From assembly GCA_964542785.1 (NCBI GenBank), contig CAZIUK010000003.1, positions 12,946-76,945 on the forward strand: DNA of 64,000 bases, written 5' to 3'. The notes under the pieces were generated by a model that did not search any database, was not told the DNA's origin, and saw only the letters and a program-made list of their open reading frames with translations. Positions 53,001-61,601 of the stretch are shown here, piece by piece; positions within the stretch are counted from its first letter, which is position 1; the number at the start of each line of letters is the position of its first letter. The stretch is from an uncultured Planctomycetales bacterium. Lineage in GTDB: Bacteria; Omnitrophota; Gorgyraeia; Gygaellales; Profunditerraquicolaceae. A program made the translations under genes and the position numbers.

Positions 53001-53370
53001 CACCTCTGGCATTACCAACCTTAAGAAAGTAACCGAAACCTTAAACGCGCAGTTTAGTGATATGGATAAGGCTATTGCCCAAATCAGCAAGAATATTACT
53101 GGAAAGGTTGAAGAGGTAAAAGGGGCTGCCGTTGAACTTGCCGGCGTATTTAAGCAGCTTGAGGATATGAGTAATACCATTAAGAGCTTAGGAGGGACAG
53201 CCGGTATAAATATTGATAAGATTTACGAGGTATCTAAAGATAAGCAGGAGGATATTAGTTATATTAAGAATAAGAGCGAAGAGCTTAAGGCGGCGATGGA
53301 GCTTAACCAAAAGATGATAGAGAATGTTGCTAAGAAGCCAGTAGTTCAAACCTGGTTTGAATTCAAGTAA
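44023..53370 (+). CDS. Giant (3115 aa) cell-surface protein with repeated Ig-like/beta-sandwich modules and a C-terminal coiled-coil-like region
   Basis: Signal peptide; long Thr/Ser/Val/Gly-rich modules. Residues ~230-872 are repeated almost identically at ~873-1515. Followed by a REP hairpin. Confidence 0.7.
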   Translation: MKKILKVLLIGGLALWGYFESASLALGANLSISSASDQTFISEEAPKDAQAITITDVSGSGIIVSSGLRILIPDSFGMQWHGAMLRDDSVTDTSNADFSVIAAQIISAGVTLESSDAGATGSVEVNFTSINSIPADAKIVITFPDNFVFNSKSPTLASSATMSGDFSVSITGQVITVTRNSTSASSAGSHLITLTNIKNPIRPGTTGAYSLKIQTLAGFDIDVNNDLAASTIVPAATSRITLNSPDDMTAGAARAAYTLTRYDEYGNLSTQEEEVFDISTTSTGDNAVFYNDATASEAGNIITSITIPQGSSSVNFWYDDTKMGAYTIAAIKSDQPEITVSDGINVKHAEPDHLRFVSDIPTADAKQVSVQFNLPQLAAVDRYDNILTNDYGAAAYSGNKAITYSLSGQRDAPDGNGTDLFYSDNVASAKVNFTNGLSTNALSAKLYRAQNTVISPADSNLPSESLPSNEIIVNPATATKLVFKQQPSGSAIVNSAFLQQPVVAIQDHYGNQTLDIFPIKLYDSIRSEFPYADAPGILTSDHEDNTLNAVAGEASFSGVEYNASGVIYLYAQGLGAGSNVNPVFSNEITLATSVTTMVKAADTPVADFNLTPTNDTLEKKFKVLKFKVTDAGEDKTPTLIDQIKIAVSGTGGHASTDIAWAGLYVGEEKVADAASITDDFITFGQEPNSDSTAGIYSVPDSSSVEFTVYIHMKPDKLSALDGQSYIFTTDEDRVGVDRGASSQMTASSGSIAAVTGTIKVDMTHLEIVTEEGASTLTVSAGVPVELLVRATDANKNIDSDYNGSHTLVFSGLNSVGTLYPKIESVLFGYNITISFSGGISASQGVTLTPYKSEEGIIVVQESGKSYSQHGLTATIVPAATSRITLNSPDDMTAGAARAAYTLTRYDEYGNLSTQEEEVFDISTTSTGDNAVFYNDATASEAGNIITSITIPQGSSSVNFWYDDTKMGAYTIAAIKSDQPEITVSDGINVKHAEPDHLRFVSDIPTADAKQVSVQFNLPQLAAVDRYDNILTNDYGAAAYSGNKAITYSLSGQRDAPDGNGTDLFYSDNVASAKVNFTNGLSTNALSAKLYRAQNTVISPADSNLPSESLPSNEIIVNPATATKLVFKQQPSGSAIVNSAFLQQPVVAIQDHYGNQTLDIFPIKLYDSIRSEFPYADAPGILTSDHEDNTLNAVAGEASFSGVEYNASGVIYLYAQGLGAGSNVNPVFSNEITLATSVTTMVKAADTPVADFNLTPTNDTLEKKFKVLKFKVTDAGEDKTPTLIDQIKIAVSGTGGHASTDIAWAGLYVGEEKVADAASITDDFITFGQEPNSDSTAGIYSVPDSSSVEFTVYIHMKPDKLSALDGQSYIFTTDEDRVGVDRGASSQMTASSGSIAAVTGTIKVDMTHLEIVTEEGASTLTVSAGVPVELLVRATDANKNIDSDYNGSHTLVFSGLNSVGTLYPKIESVLFGYNITISFSGGISASQGVTLTPYKSEEGIIVVQESGKSYSQHGLTATINAGAASNIALLSGNNQSGKIAAPLLQAFVVAVTDVYGNGIGSGTGVDFAILSQPEGATGALLSTISGVTDANGHAFTTLTVGSLAGDYQVTASSAGLSGSPVTFIATGLLPSAIQLLSGDNQSKQVVSALDDPLVVKIVDSTGIPIPREKVDFTISSYPEGAVGQALLSGSVVTDDNGQAQTSFTLGDKAGVYKVTVNCGSLTAVDFNFNATARAPYQVALRGPVSVKAGEVSTKFTVSIEDEYNNPSNLSQATVFSLTNNPSRPSGIFYSNSDGTLAINSLTVAKGTNSASFYYKDTITGMANITATRTSGQSLIQGISSQEVTVIPSDAYRFTIVGNTDTIETGESKVLTITAYDNLGNVKSDYTGNVNVLFSGASASPAPSSKKATASNHLSQDIEFGKTTSLNFINGVAVSTLKFYKVEDVNIKITSGSIVTAEEDSLSFTVRHGQADHLKFGGNLPALQEAGVEFDFETTLQAVDLYDNICNGLNGSSGFSGSKKVTWSLSGASDGPEGNVIDEFVSPVEFSLGVSTTTLSAKLYRAQDTTITAAISALIGVNVASNTITVEPGAVAKLRFSQEPAASSITSQALEVQPKVAVSDQYGNPVSTTSANVSIAASTSNDSFVPVVNGVLSAIGGLTASTVNGVASFSGVTYNYPETIYLRATVAGVSLVPVFSSGITFSTAQETALSVTTPGPTAISSLAYTTADRVGVLNFRVVDGGTDGFSSKIRQVIVKRNTSDTTGGWTNYLQGVYITDGATQVVGRIEDDQIIFGLGGNDIYDVTNGTTKNFTVSVFLKNPLPLDSDNKVLGFKLDPATDIVFGSPSSRLVSSSVMSSTPKISVVATDFAIFGSPTMNAGDTQPITLKAVDILGNIDKDYVGEKTLVFSGPSITSKGNEPIETTSNIPFGTDTPVSFTNGQSSSTVGIKLFKAETAYVKAADISAGITTPNQKALIVTVYGGAATGLSWLTQPVGVVVENAPWKEFSISVTDAYGNTSSSSTEVTVAPSNGSISTGSQATVTAQSGIATFYNFAVNGLNDEEKITLSASASGVAGTGPSNEVQVFKVYKVTVFVKDYTSASNLTECALDATSNGVVVDGFPKTGNSPFTFNLPYGTYTFRVSKEKYVDENTEKTAGVAADYLDGVYDAKITWSLTATSLVEATADYKAQSAFVYDESTDKLSIRVWLEKRGKMVVNDDVNILGNAVVDIYNDSTGGWLKSITLEPPAASNTVNGVYFKEIPNVVSVDDDFNLVAGKTYFARVVINYGGLTGTGRSYEGGATFSVTINENLRAVTNSIQTVATNIAGQTAAIQKTIKDEIEGQITSVVVPKITDVKTETSKILSATGTESLQDKIAEVKTQVVQEVQPHIKSGILNGETAVRTGSKLAVRYRTDSGLSPTISVYSPKNNLLISDRAMAEIGITGIYEYNVTFLPAWGRGSFTIVCSEPVKGTADAFVLKVSDSDIEDISSSVSAVLGSTSGITNLKKVTETLNAQFSDMDKAIAQISKNITGKVEEVKGAAVELAGVFKQLEDMSNTIKSLGGTAGINIDKIYEVSKDKQEDISYIKNKSEELKAAMELNQKMIENVAKKPVVQTWFEFK
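44712..48569 (+). repeat. Near-perfect tandem duplication of a 1929-bp (643-codon) unit inside the giant gene
   Basis: Copy 1 ~44712-46640, copy 2 ~46641-48569. I see only one difference (GCA/GCG, synonymous). The antisense ORFs 44849/46778, 45285/47214, 45612/47541 and 46107/48036 are exact duplicates offset by 1929. Confidence 0.9.
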
Positions 53371-53390
53371 AAATAATGATAATGGATAAT

Positions 53391-53449
53391 GGGGACAGCG
53401 ACTTTTTTGATAAAAAGTCGCTGTCCCCCTAGAAAAAGTCGCTGTCCCC
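53391..53449. repeat. REP element GGGGACAGCGAC-T6gatA5-GTCGCTGTCCCC-ctagaaaaa-GTCGCTGTCCCC; probable terminator of the giant gene
   Basis: One left arm and two right arms; stable hairpin 20 nt after the stop codon. Confidence 0.85.
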
Positions 53450-53495
53450 TTTAAAAGGGTGACATATTTGAAAAATATGGTAAAATAAAATCAAG

Positions 53496-54200
53496 ATGAT
53501 AAAAATACTATTGAAGGGTAGGTTTAATTTTATTCTAATTATCTTTATTGCGTTATTTCTTTTTTTTGTTCCTGCGGAAGCTGGCATTACTATGCGCCTT
53601 ATGGCAGTAAACCCGGCTGATTCAGAGCAAACCGTTCCGATAAAGGTTTATCTTCCTGTAGAAGTCAAGCCCGAAGATATAATATATAAAGACGATTTAG
53701 ATGTAGCTTATGATACCCAGCAGGGAAGTTATTATGTTTTTGGAGAATTCCTCTTAGCCCCTAAAGAGGTATTAGAGAAAGAAATAGAGATAAAGGATAT
53801 CTGGGTTATAGATTTAAGCGAGGTTGAAATGTTACGCTTAGAGGCTAAGGATATGCTGAAGTCTTTTAAGAAGACAAAGTATTATGAACGCGCCCAGCTT
53901 ATTTATAATGGGATAGATAAAAAGCTTAAAGAGGTAGAAGAGGAGCAAGATTTGTCTTCTGCCAGCCCTGCTTATAAGATTTCAAATTATAGAAATTCTT
54001 TAAGTTTGATTGATTCTGTCAAGGCCGATCTTGTCTCAGCTAAAACCCTTTTATCTGAGGCTTTACCTAAAGGTATGGCTAAGCTTACTTGGGGAGTTAT
54101 TTTGTTTATTGTGCTTTTTTTAGGGGTTTTAGGGGGAGGATCTTTTTTTATTTGGCAACACCAGTCAAGGCTTGAATCTGAAGAGAAGACCAAGGAGTAA
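53496..54200 (+). CDS. Bitopic or secreted protein with N- and C-terminal hydrophobic segments, unknown function
   Basis: Hydrophobic N-terminus; C-terminal TM helix LTWGVILFIVLFLGVLGGG. Confidence 0.35.
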   Translation: MIKILLKGRFNFILIIFIALFLFFVPAEAGITMRLMAVNPADSEQTVPIKVYLPVEVKPEDIIYKDDLDVAYDTQQGSYYVFGEFLLAPKEVLEKEIEIKDIWVIDLSEVEMLRLEAKDMLKSFKKTKYYERAQLIYNGIDKKLKEVEEEQDLSSASPAYKISNYRNSLSLIDSVKADLVSAKTLLSEALPKGMAKLTWGVILFIVLFLGVLGGGSFFIWQHQSRLESEEKTKE

Positions 54201-54266
54201 ATAAAATAAATACAAATATTATCAGGACAGATAGGGCAAGCCCTTTTAATACCTAAACGTTAATTA

Positions 54267-55046
54267 ATGAAAAGGGAATTTGTTATTTTATTAGTAATTT
54301 TATTTTTTTTTGTGCATAGTTTAGGCGCGCAGGCTTCAGAAGGGCTTTGGAATACTGAAAAGACTCAGCATTTTATAATATATTACCAGTCTGCCCAGGC
54401 AAGTTTTATTCGGGATTTGGCTTATGCCGCTGAAAGGTATTATAACAGCATTATTGATGAGCTTGGTTTTAGGCGTATGGATTTTTGGAGTTGGGATAAC
54501 CGGGCTAAAATCTATATATACAATGGATTTGAAGATTATAAAAAAGAGGCTGACCGTAAAGATTGGTCTGGTGCGGTTGTTTTTGTGGATACCCGTACTA
54601 TTAAAAGTTTTTTAGGGCAGTTTGATTTTTTTGATTCTATCCTTCCGCATGAGATGACCCATATAATATTCAGGGAATTTGTGGGTAGAGAAGCAATCCT
54701 TCCTTTGTGTATAGATGAAGGAGTTGCAAGCTCTCAGGAGAAAGGCCATTTGCATGAGAGGTTATCTTTGATAAAGAAACTTATTTTGCAGGGAAAATAT
54801 ATGCATTTTGATAAATTATTCAATATCTACCAGGCTAAGGGTATAAGCCCTCAGGAGTTTTATGCCCAGTCAGCCTCGCTCGTTGTTTTTTTAATAAAAC
54901 AATATGGAAGAGAACGTTTTGTTGATTTTAGCCGTAAATTAAGGGACGGAATGCTTTGGGATAAGGCTTTATTAAGCGTATATAAGTTTAAGAGCTTTGC
55001 AGATATGGAGAATGAGTGGAAAGATTTTATTTTGAGAAATTTCTGA
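54267..55046 (+). CDS. Secreted putative HExxH zinc metallopeptidase-like protein
   Basis: Signal peptide; ILPHEMTHIIF (HExxH) with a downstream Glu (CIDEG). Confidence 0.4.
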   Translation: MKREFVILLVILFFFVHSLGAQASEGLWNTEKTQHFIIYYQSAQASFIRDLAYAAERYYNSIIDELGFRRMDFWSWDNRAKIYIYNGFEDYKKEADRKDWSGAVVFVDTRTIKSFLGQFDFFDSILPHEMTHIIFREFVGREAILPLCIDEGVASSQEKGHLHERLSLIKKLILQGKYMHFDKLFNIYQAKGISPQEFYAQSASLVVFLIKQYGRERFVDFSRKLRDGMLWDKALLSVYKFKSFADMENEWKDFILRNF

Positions 55047-55075
55047 AATACTGCTATAATAAACAGTGATATAGT

Positions 55076-55087
55076 GGGGACAGCGAC
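55076..55087. repeat. REP half-site GGGGACAGCGAC flanking the RAYT remnant (left)
   Basis: Family match; inverted relative to the half-site at 55700. Confidence 0.8.
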
Positions 55088-55214
55088 TTTTTGACTTTTT
55101 ATTTTTAGCTCTTTGATAATTTTTACTTAAATTTTTAAGTTAGATTTCCTTCCTTGCCGCGTCTATTGATAGTGAAGGTGATAGATGATATAGGGCCTAA
55201 AAGGAAGGGGTGGT

Positions 55215-55650
55215 ATGGGGAGAATAGCCAGAATAGTAGGAGTAGGGTTGCCGCACCATATTACACAGAGAAGGAATTACCAATAATGTTGCTCATATGC
55301 GTTATTCGCAGTATTTTAATAATAAATTAAACCAGCGAGGGCATCTTTGGCAGGGAAGATTTTATTCTTGTATTTTGTCGCAAGCGCACCTTATGCTTGC
55401 TGCTTGCTATATAGAGCGTAATCCTGTACGCGCGGGTTTAGTAGATCAGCCATGGCATTGGCAATGGTCAAGTGCTGCCAGCCATACAAACCGTAAGATT
55501 GATGAGTTGGTTAATTCTGATGAGTTGTTAAAGCTTGTAGGTATGTCAAGCTCTTCTTGGGAGAAATATATAGAAACAAAGGAAGAAGAGAGTTTTTTGC
55601 AGGATATAAGGAAACATACTTTTACCAGTCGTTCTTTTGGCGTGGTTTAG
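55215..55650 (+). pseudogene. Degraded REP-associated tyrosine transposase (RAYT/TnpA_REP, IS200-like Y1 transposase family)
   Basis: N-terminal fragment MGRIARIVGVGLPHHITQRRNYQ ends in a stop at 55284-55286 (TAA). The C-terminal fragment (55297-55650) is in another frame and carries GHLWQGRFYS...YIERNPVRAGLV...WQWSS. The central HuH-motif region is missing. Confidence 0.7.
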
Positions 55651-55699
55651 GTTATTTTAAGGAGCAGGTCTAAGAAGGATAGGGTTGGGTTAAAAAAAA

Positions 55700-55711
55700 G
55701 TCGCTGTCCCC
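55700..55711. repeat. REP half-site GTCGCTGTCCCC flanking the RAYT remnant (right)
   Basis: Family match. Confidence 0.8.
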
Positions 55712-55735
55712 GTTTTAGTATGGAGGTTATTTAAG

Positions 55736-56614
55736 ATGCATAAAGATGTAGATATTTTAGTTATCAAAGGAGAAGAAAAAGCCACAGGGTTGATTGAATC
55801 TACGGTTCGTTCTGCAGGCTACAATGTTTGGTTGGCCAATGATCATAATGAAGGCTTGAAGCTTTTGCGTTCTAATACTTTCCCGATAGTAATTACAGAA
55901 GTACTTTCTGTAAAGATGGATGTTGCTCACTTTTGTAGAGAGGTCAACAAACTAAGCCCGTTGACTAACGTGATTGTTGTTGCCCTCTATTCTTTAATTA
56001 ATAACGCTATTAAGGCTATGGAGGCAGGGGCTTACGGGTATATTACTAAGCCACTAAATGTTTCTGAAATACGTATAGTCGTGGAGAGGGCAGTAGAGAG
56101 GTACTTTCTGTTTTCTGCCAGGGAAGATAAGGATTATTTTGTTGATTTAGCTGTAAGGGATGGGCTTACCGGACTTTTTAATCGGCGCTATTTTAATGAA
56201 TTAATAAAAATAGAGTTTAGCCGCATTAAGCGGTTACCGTCGTTTCTCTCTCTGCTAATTCTTGACATAGATAATTTTAAAAACTATAATGATACGCAAG
56301 GACATAGCGCAGGCGACATTTTATTAAAGAATGCCGCTAAAATTTTTAAGAGTTCTGTGCGTACCGTAGATATAGTTTTTCGCTATGGGGGAGAGGAGTT
56401 TGCAGTAATACTTCCTAGTACAGATAAAAAAGGGGCTCAGATTATTGCAGAGAGGATACGTATGCAGGTGAGCCTGTATCTACCTACTACTGTAAGTATA
56501 GGCATTTCTACTGCCCCAGAAGATGCCGAGGAGATAAGCCTATTGATAGAGAAGGCGGATAAGGCTTTGTATCAAGCGAAGAACAGTGGTAAAAATAAGT
56601 GGTGTGTTGCATGA
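55736..56614 (+). CDS. Response-regulator receiver plus GGDEF diguanylate cyclase
   Basis: GGEEF active site (RYGGEEFAVIL); RxxD-like I-site context; N-terminal receiver-like domain. The 3' end overlaps the atpC start by 16 nt. Confidence 0.85.
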   Translation: MHKDVDILVIKGEEKATGLIESTVRSAGYNVWLANDHNEGLKLLRSNTFPIVITEVLSVKMDVAHFCREVNKLSPLTNVIVVALYSLINNAIKAMEAGAYGYITKPLNVSEIRIVVERAVERYFLFSAREDKDYFVDLAVRDGLTGLFNRRYFNELIKIEFSRIKRLPSFLSLLILDIDNFKNYNDTQGHSAGDILLKNAAKIFKSSVRTVDIVFRYGGEEFAVILPSTDKKGAQIIAERIRMQVSLYLPTTVSIGISTAPEDAEEISLLIEKADKALYQAKNSGKNKWCVA

Positions 56615-56835
56615 GGGTTCTTATACTAGAGCCTAAAGGGACTATTTGGGAGGGGATAGCAGAGCAAGTGACCCTTCCGGCTAAAGAAGGTCAAATGTGT
56701 GTGCTTGATTTTCATCAGCCTTTTGCAGTTAGGTTGATAAATGGCAGCATTGTTTTTAGCAATAAAAGAATAAAAATAAAAGACGGGGTTGCTTATATGC
56801 GGTCTAACAATTTGACGGCCTTTGTGCAAACTTAA
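56599..56835 (+). CDS. atpC: F-type ATP synthase epsilon subunit, short form (beta-sandwich only)
   Basis: 78 aa resembling the epsilon N-terminal domain; lacks the C-terminal helical hairpin; position in the atp cluster. Confidence 0.55.
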   Translation: MVCCMRVLILEPKGTIWEGIAEQVTLPAKEGQMCVLDFHQPFAVRLINGSIVFSNKRIKIKDGVAYMRSNNLTAFVQT

Positions 56836-56840
56836 AAAAT

Positions 56841-57053
56841 ATGAGTAGTATAGGATTAATTATCGTTATGTTTTTAAGCACTGCCGGCCCGGCTGCAGTT
56901 ATAGCTTTTGTAGGATATGCTGCGGTTAAGGCGGTCGCGCGTAATCCTTCCGCGAGCCCAAAGATATTTACTGTTATGATTCTATCATTTATATTCGCAG
57001 AGGCGATAGCGATTTTAGCCCTTCTGATTATATATAATTTGTTTACCAAATAA
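56841..57053 (+). CDS. atpE: F-type ATP synthase c subunit
   Basis: 70-aa helical hairpin; polar loop ARNPS (compare ARQPD); ion-binding Glu in helix 2 (FAEAIAILALLI). Confidence 0.75.
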   Translation: MSSIGLIIVMFLSTAGPAAVIAFVGYAAVKAVARNPSASPKIFTVMILSFIFAEAIAILALLIIYNLFTK

Positions 57054-57060
57054 GATAAAT

Positions 57061-57774
57061 ATGTTGATTAACCTTTTGATTTTGCAAATTATTACCTTTA
57101 TAGGGGTTGTCTTACTTTTACGTTTTATATTTACCCGCCACTTAAAATCCGCGTTATCCAGGCTTAATGCCTTGCATGGGGAAAATTTATCTAAAGAAGA
57201 AGAGCTTAAGGAGGAGATCAGGCGTGTTAAGGAGCAAAGCGAAGCCTTTATTAAACAAAGCAGGGAAGAAGCAGAATTAATCATTGCTGAGGCTAATAAG
57301 AATGCTCAGAGAATTAGGATGAATATTGAGGAGCAGGCTAGAAATCAGGCAGAGAAGATCATCAGTGATTCTCGCATAGATAGCGAGAAAATTCAAAAGG
57401 AAGCACTTAAGAATATACAGGGACAGAGTATAGAGTTAGCCTTAAGGATGATTTCAGAATTGCTTACTGAAACAGATAAGGTAGCTTTGCAGTATGAGTT
57501 AGCCAACGGTATTATTGAAGAGATCTCCCGATTGCCTAAAGAACAGTTTAGTGTTCCCGGGGGGGAAGTCAACATTACTTCCAGCTTTCCGCTGTTAGAA
57601 AGGCAATGCAATAAAATAAAGAGTATTCTTACAGATAAATCAGGTTCGCCTGTAAATTTAAATCAAAAGTTAGACCCGGAGATTATCGGCGGGCTTATAG
57701 TTGAAATGGGGGGCATGGTCATCGACGGGACATTAAGAAGCAGGCTACAGAGGGTTGCTGAGGGGTTTAAATAA
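57061..57774 (+). CDS. atpF: ATP synthase b subunit fused to a delta (OSCP) C-terminal-like domain
   Basis: N-terminal TM helix plus a long charged helix typical of b. C-terminus EIIGGLIVEMGGMVIDGTLRSRLQRVAEGF matches the delta C-terminal motif (compare [24 protein letters not shown]). Confidence 0.65.
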   Translation: MLINLLILQIITFIGVVLLLRFIFTRHLKSALSRLNALHGENLSKEEELKEEIRRVKEQSEAFIKQSREEAELIIAEANKNAQRIRMNIEEQARNQAEKIISDSRIDSEKIQKEALKNIQGQSIELALRMISELLTETDKVALQYELANGIIEEISRLPKEQFSVPGGEVNITSSFPLLERQCNKIKSILTDKSGSPVNLNQKLDPEIIGGLIVEMGGMVIDGTLRSRLQRVAEGFK

Positions 57775-57778
57775 GCTT

Positions 57779-59251
57779 ATGGCTGTTGAGGCGTTAGATA
57801 TTAAAGAAGTAGGCAAGGTTGAGGAGCTTAAGCAGGGGATCGTTAAAATTAGTGGTTTGCCTAATTGCGCCTTTGGGGATGTTATAACTTTTGATAATTC
57901 ATCTTTTAGCATTGATAGTATGCTTAAGGGGATGATTATTGAGTTTGATTCTAAATACGCCTTTGGCATTGTTTTTGGGGATGAGCATAGCATAAAAGTA
58001 GGGGATATTGTTTCTAGCCGTAAACATTTATTAAGCGTACCGGTTGGAGATAGTTTTATAGGTAGGGTGGTAGATGCCTTAGGTAATCCTTTGGATGGTA
58101 AAGGTAAGATAGAGAAGGATGAAGATTATCCGGTTTTTCGGCAAGCTGCCGGGATAATGGAACGCGAACCCATTTCTCAGACTTTGCATACGGGTATTAA
58201 AATTATAGATATGTTGATTCCTTTAGGCAAGGGGCAACGTGAGCTTGTTGTTGGGGATAGGCAAATAGGCAAAACTTCTATTGCCTTGGATATGATAATA
58301 AATCAAAAAGGCAGAGATGTTATATGTATATATTGCTGGATTGGAGGCAGTATATCTGCCTTTAATAAGGTTATTCAGACTATAAAAGAGCACGGGTGCA
58401 TGGATTTTACTTTAGCTGTTTGTGCTTCTGCCGGGTCATCGGTTAGCGAACAGTATATTGCTCCTTATACTGCCGCGGCTTTAGGCGAGTATTTTATGTA
58501 TAAAGGCAAGGATGTGTTAGTAGTTTTTGATGATTTGACTAAGCATAGCTGGGTTTATAGGCAGATGTCTTTGTTACTGGAGCGTGCCCCTGGGAGAGAA
58601 GCTTACCCCGGAGATATATTCTTTCTTCACTCTCAATTAATGGAACGTGCTGGGAGGCTTAAAAAAGAATTTGGCGGAGGAACTATGACTTTTTTACCTT
58701 TGGCTGAAACACTGCAAGGAGATATTACAGGCTATATCTGTTCTAATATCGTTTCAATGACTGACGGGCAAATCTATTTAAATACTGGGTTATTCCAAGA
58801 AGGTTTTAAGCCAGCAATTGATTTAGAGTTATCTGTATCTCGTATTGGCAGTAAGGTACAGTCTCCGGCCATTAAGAAGTTAAGCGAAGGATTGCGTTAT
58901 GAATATGTACATTACCGTTCTTTGTTGAGATTGACGCGCCTGCGGACAAAATTAAGCCCCGAGGCTACGCAACAGATTCAGCGCGGTAGGGCGCTCTATG
59001 AATTGCTTATACAAGAAAATTTTTCTCCTGTTTCTCAAGCAGAAGAGATTGTTTCTTTTTACGCTTTTCAACAAAAAATCCTCGAGTCGATAAATTTGGA
59101 CGAGGTAAAATTGTTTAAGAAAAACTTTTTCCCTTATTTAAGTAAAAATAATCAAGATTTGGTGGATATTTTGAATGATAAAGGTGAACTTACAGAAGAA
59201 GTCAAGCAGCTTTTAGACAAGGCGATAAAAGGTTTTTTTGCGCTTTCATAA
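57779..59251 (+). CDS. atpA: F-type ATP synthase alpha subunit
   Basis: P-loop GDRQIGKTSIALDMIINQ; full alpha architecture. The ATG at 57779 follows the atpF stop; the ORF-track start at 57755 overlaps atpF. Confidence 0.9.
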   Translation: MAVEALDIKEVGKVEELKQGIVKISGLPNCAFGDVITFDNSSFSIDSMLKGMIIEFDSKYAFGIVFGDEHSIKVGDIVSSRKHLLSVPVGDSFIGRVVDALGNPLDGKGKIEKDEDYPVFRQAAGIMEREPISQTLHTGIKIIDMLIPLGKGQRELVVGDRQIGKTSIALDMIINQKGRDVICIYCWIGGSISAFNKVIQTIKEHGCMDFTLAVCASAGSSVSEQYIAPYTAAALGEYFMYKGKDVLVVFDDLTKHSWVYRQMSLLLERAPGREAYPGDIFFLHSQLMERAGRLKKEFGGGTMTFLPLAETLQGDITGYICSNIVSMTDGQIYLNTGLFQEGFKPAIDLELSVSRIGSKVQSPAIKKLSEGLRYEYVHYRSLLRLTRLRTKLSPEATQQIQRGRALYELLIQENFSPVSQAEEIVSFYAFQQKILESINLDEVKLFKKNFFPYLSKNNQDLVDILNDKGELTEEVKQLLDKAIKGFFALS

Positions 59252-59263
59252 ATGGGATAAATG

Positions 59264-59340
59264 AAATGGGGGACGAAATGGGGGACAGCGACTTTTTTCT
59301 AAAAAAAGTCGCTGTCCTCCCATAAAGTCGCTGTCCCTCC
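59264..59340. repeat. Compound REP element (GGGGACAGCGAC-T6ctA7-GTCGCTGTCCtCC-cataaa-GTCGCTGTCCCtCC) inside the atp cluster
   Basis: Family match with degenerate right arms; preceded by the partial direct repeat aaatggggga. Confidence 0.8.
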
Positions 59341-59349
59341 CATTAAAAG

Positions 59350-60192
59350 ATGATACCGGTTGGGAAGCTAAAAGTAAACCTGCAGTTTAATAAGAACCTC
59401 GGCAATTTAGTTGAGGTGATGAAGTTGGCGGCGACCTCGCAGTTTAATCAATTTCGTTTAAAGGGGGAGCCGTCTTCTGAGTATGTAAAGCTGCTTGGTG
59501 ATTTCTTTGGAACCCTTTTAAGTATTGGTATTGGCAATGATTTATTAAGGCCCAGGGAGGGCCTGCCGTCTCTTTTAGTCTTAGTAAGTTCCGATGAAGG
59601 TTTTTTAGGAGAGCTTAACTTTCTTTTAGTTAATAGTCTTCTTAATACTTTAAGGCGAAATGATATCATTGCTTGTTCAGGAACCTTAGGGGCCAACTAT
59701 TTAAAAGAGGTCCAAATTGACTTTTCTTATTTTGATTCTCCTGGAGAAAAGCTTGATACAAAAGCCCTATCTTCCTTAAGGGATTATATATTAAACCTTT
59801 ATTTAAAGAAGAAGGTTGGCAGGGTTTATATAATTTACTCTAAGTTTATAAACATCGGCGCTCAACAGATTGAGGTAGAGACTATATTGCCTTTGTTTCA
59901 AGATTACCAGATGCAAAGAGTCCCCATTCAAAATTTTTTAATTGAGCCTAACCTTAAGTCGGTAATAGAAGGATGGGTTAAAAGCTGGCTGGATTTTCGC
60001 CTTTATCAAATTTTTTGGTTAAGCAAGCTCTCAGAGTTTGCCGCTAGGATTATGCATTTAGAGGGTAGTGTCCAAGAGTTAAAAAGGATAAATGGCCGCT
60101 TGAATATAGAGTATTTTAAATATTTACATGCCTTATCTGATAAATCGATTAGGGAGATTACTGCGGCGCGTTTAATTAATAAATATAGGTAA
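59350..60192 (+). CDS. atpG: F-type ATP synthase gamma subunit
   Basis: N-terminal LGNLVEVMKLAATSQF (gamma helix); 280 aa; between alpha and beta. Confidence 0.7.
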   Translation: MIPVGKLKVNLQFNKNLGNLVEVMKLAATSQFNQFRLKGEPSSEYVKLLGDFFGTLLSIGIGNDLLRPREGLPSLLVLVSSDEGFLGELNFLLVNSLLNTLRRNDIIACSGTLGANYLKEVQIDFSYFDSPGEKLDTKALSSLRDYILNLYLKKKVGRVYIIYSKFINIGAQQIEVETILPLFQDYQMQRVPIQNFLIEPNLKSVIEGWVKSWLDFRLYQIFWLSKLSEFAARIMHLEGSVQELKRINGRLNIEYFKYLHALSDKSIREITAARLINKYR

Positions 60193-61599
<1,407 letters not shown>

Positions 61600-61601
61600 A
61601 T

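Noticed and set aside
3424-55296. tRNA or other structured RNA genes in the intergenic regions
   Set aside because: I scanned the intergenic stretches and saw no cloverleaf-compatible sequence (no GTTCGAATC-type T-arm and anticodon stem arrangement).
55297-55650. Calling 55297-55650 an intact small transposase gene
   Set aside because: Only the C-terminal portion of a RAYT is present. The N-terminal 23 codons are in a different frame upstream and the HuH-motif segment is absent, so I annotated it as a pseudogene.
56804-57284. Minus-strand ORFs 56804-57049 and 57015-57284 overlapping atpE and atpF
   Set aside because: Antisense to well-supported ATP synthase genes; the hydrophobic translation is a mirror artefact.
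32629-59340. CRISPR array, considered for the repeated GGGGACAGCGAC units
   Set aside because: The repeats are palindromic arm pairs with A/T loops, scattered over 27 kb with genes between them. There are no regularly spaced unique spacers and no cas genes. They fit REP elements and are associated with a RAYT remnant.
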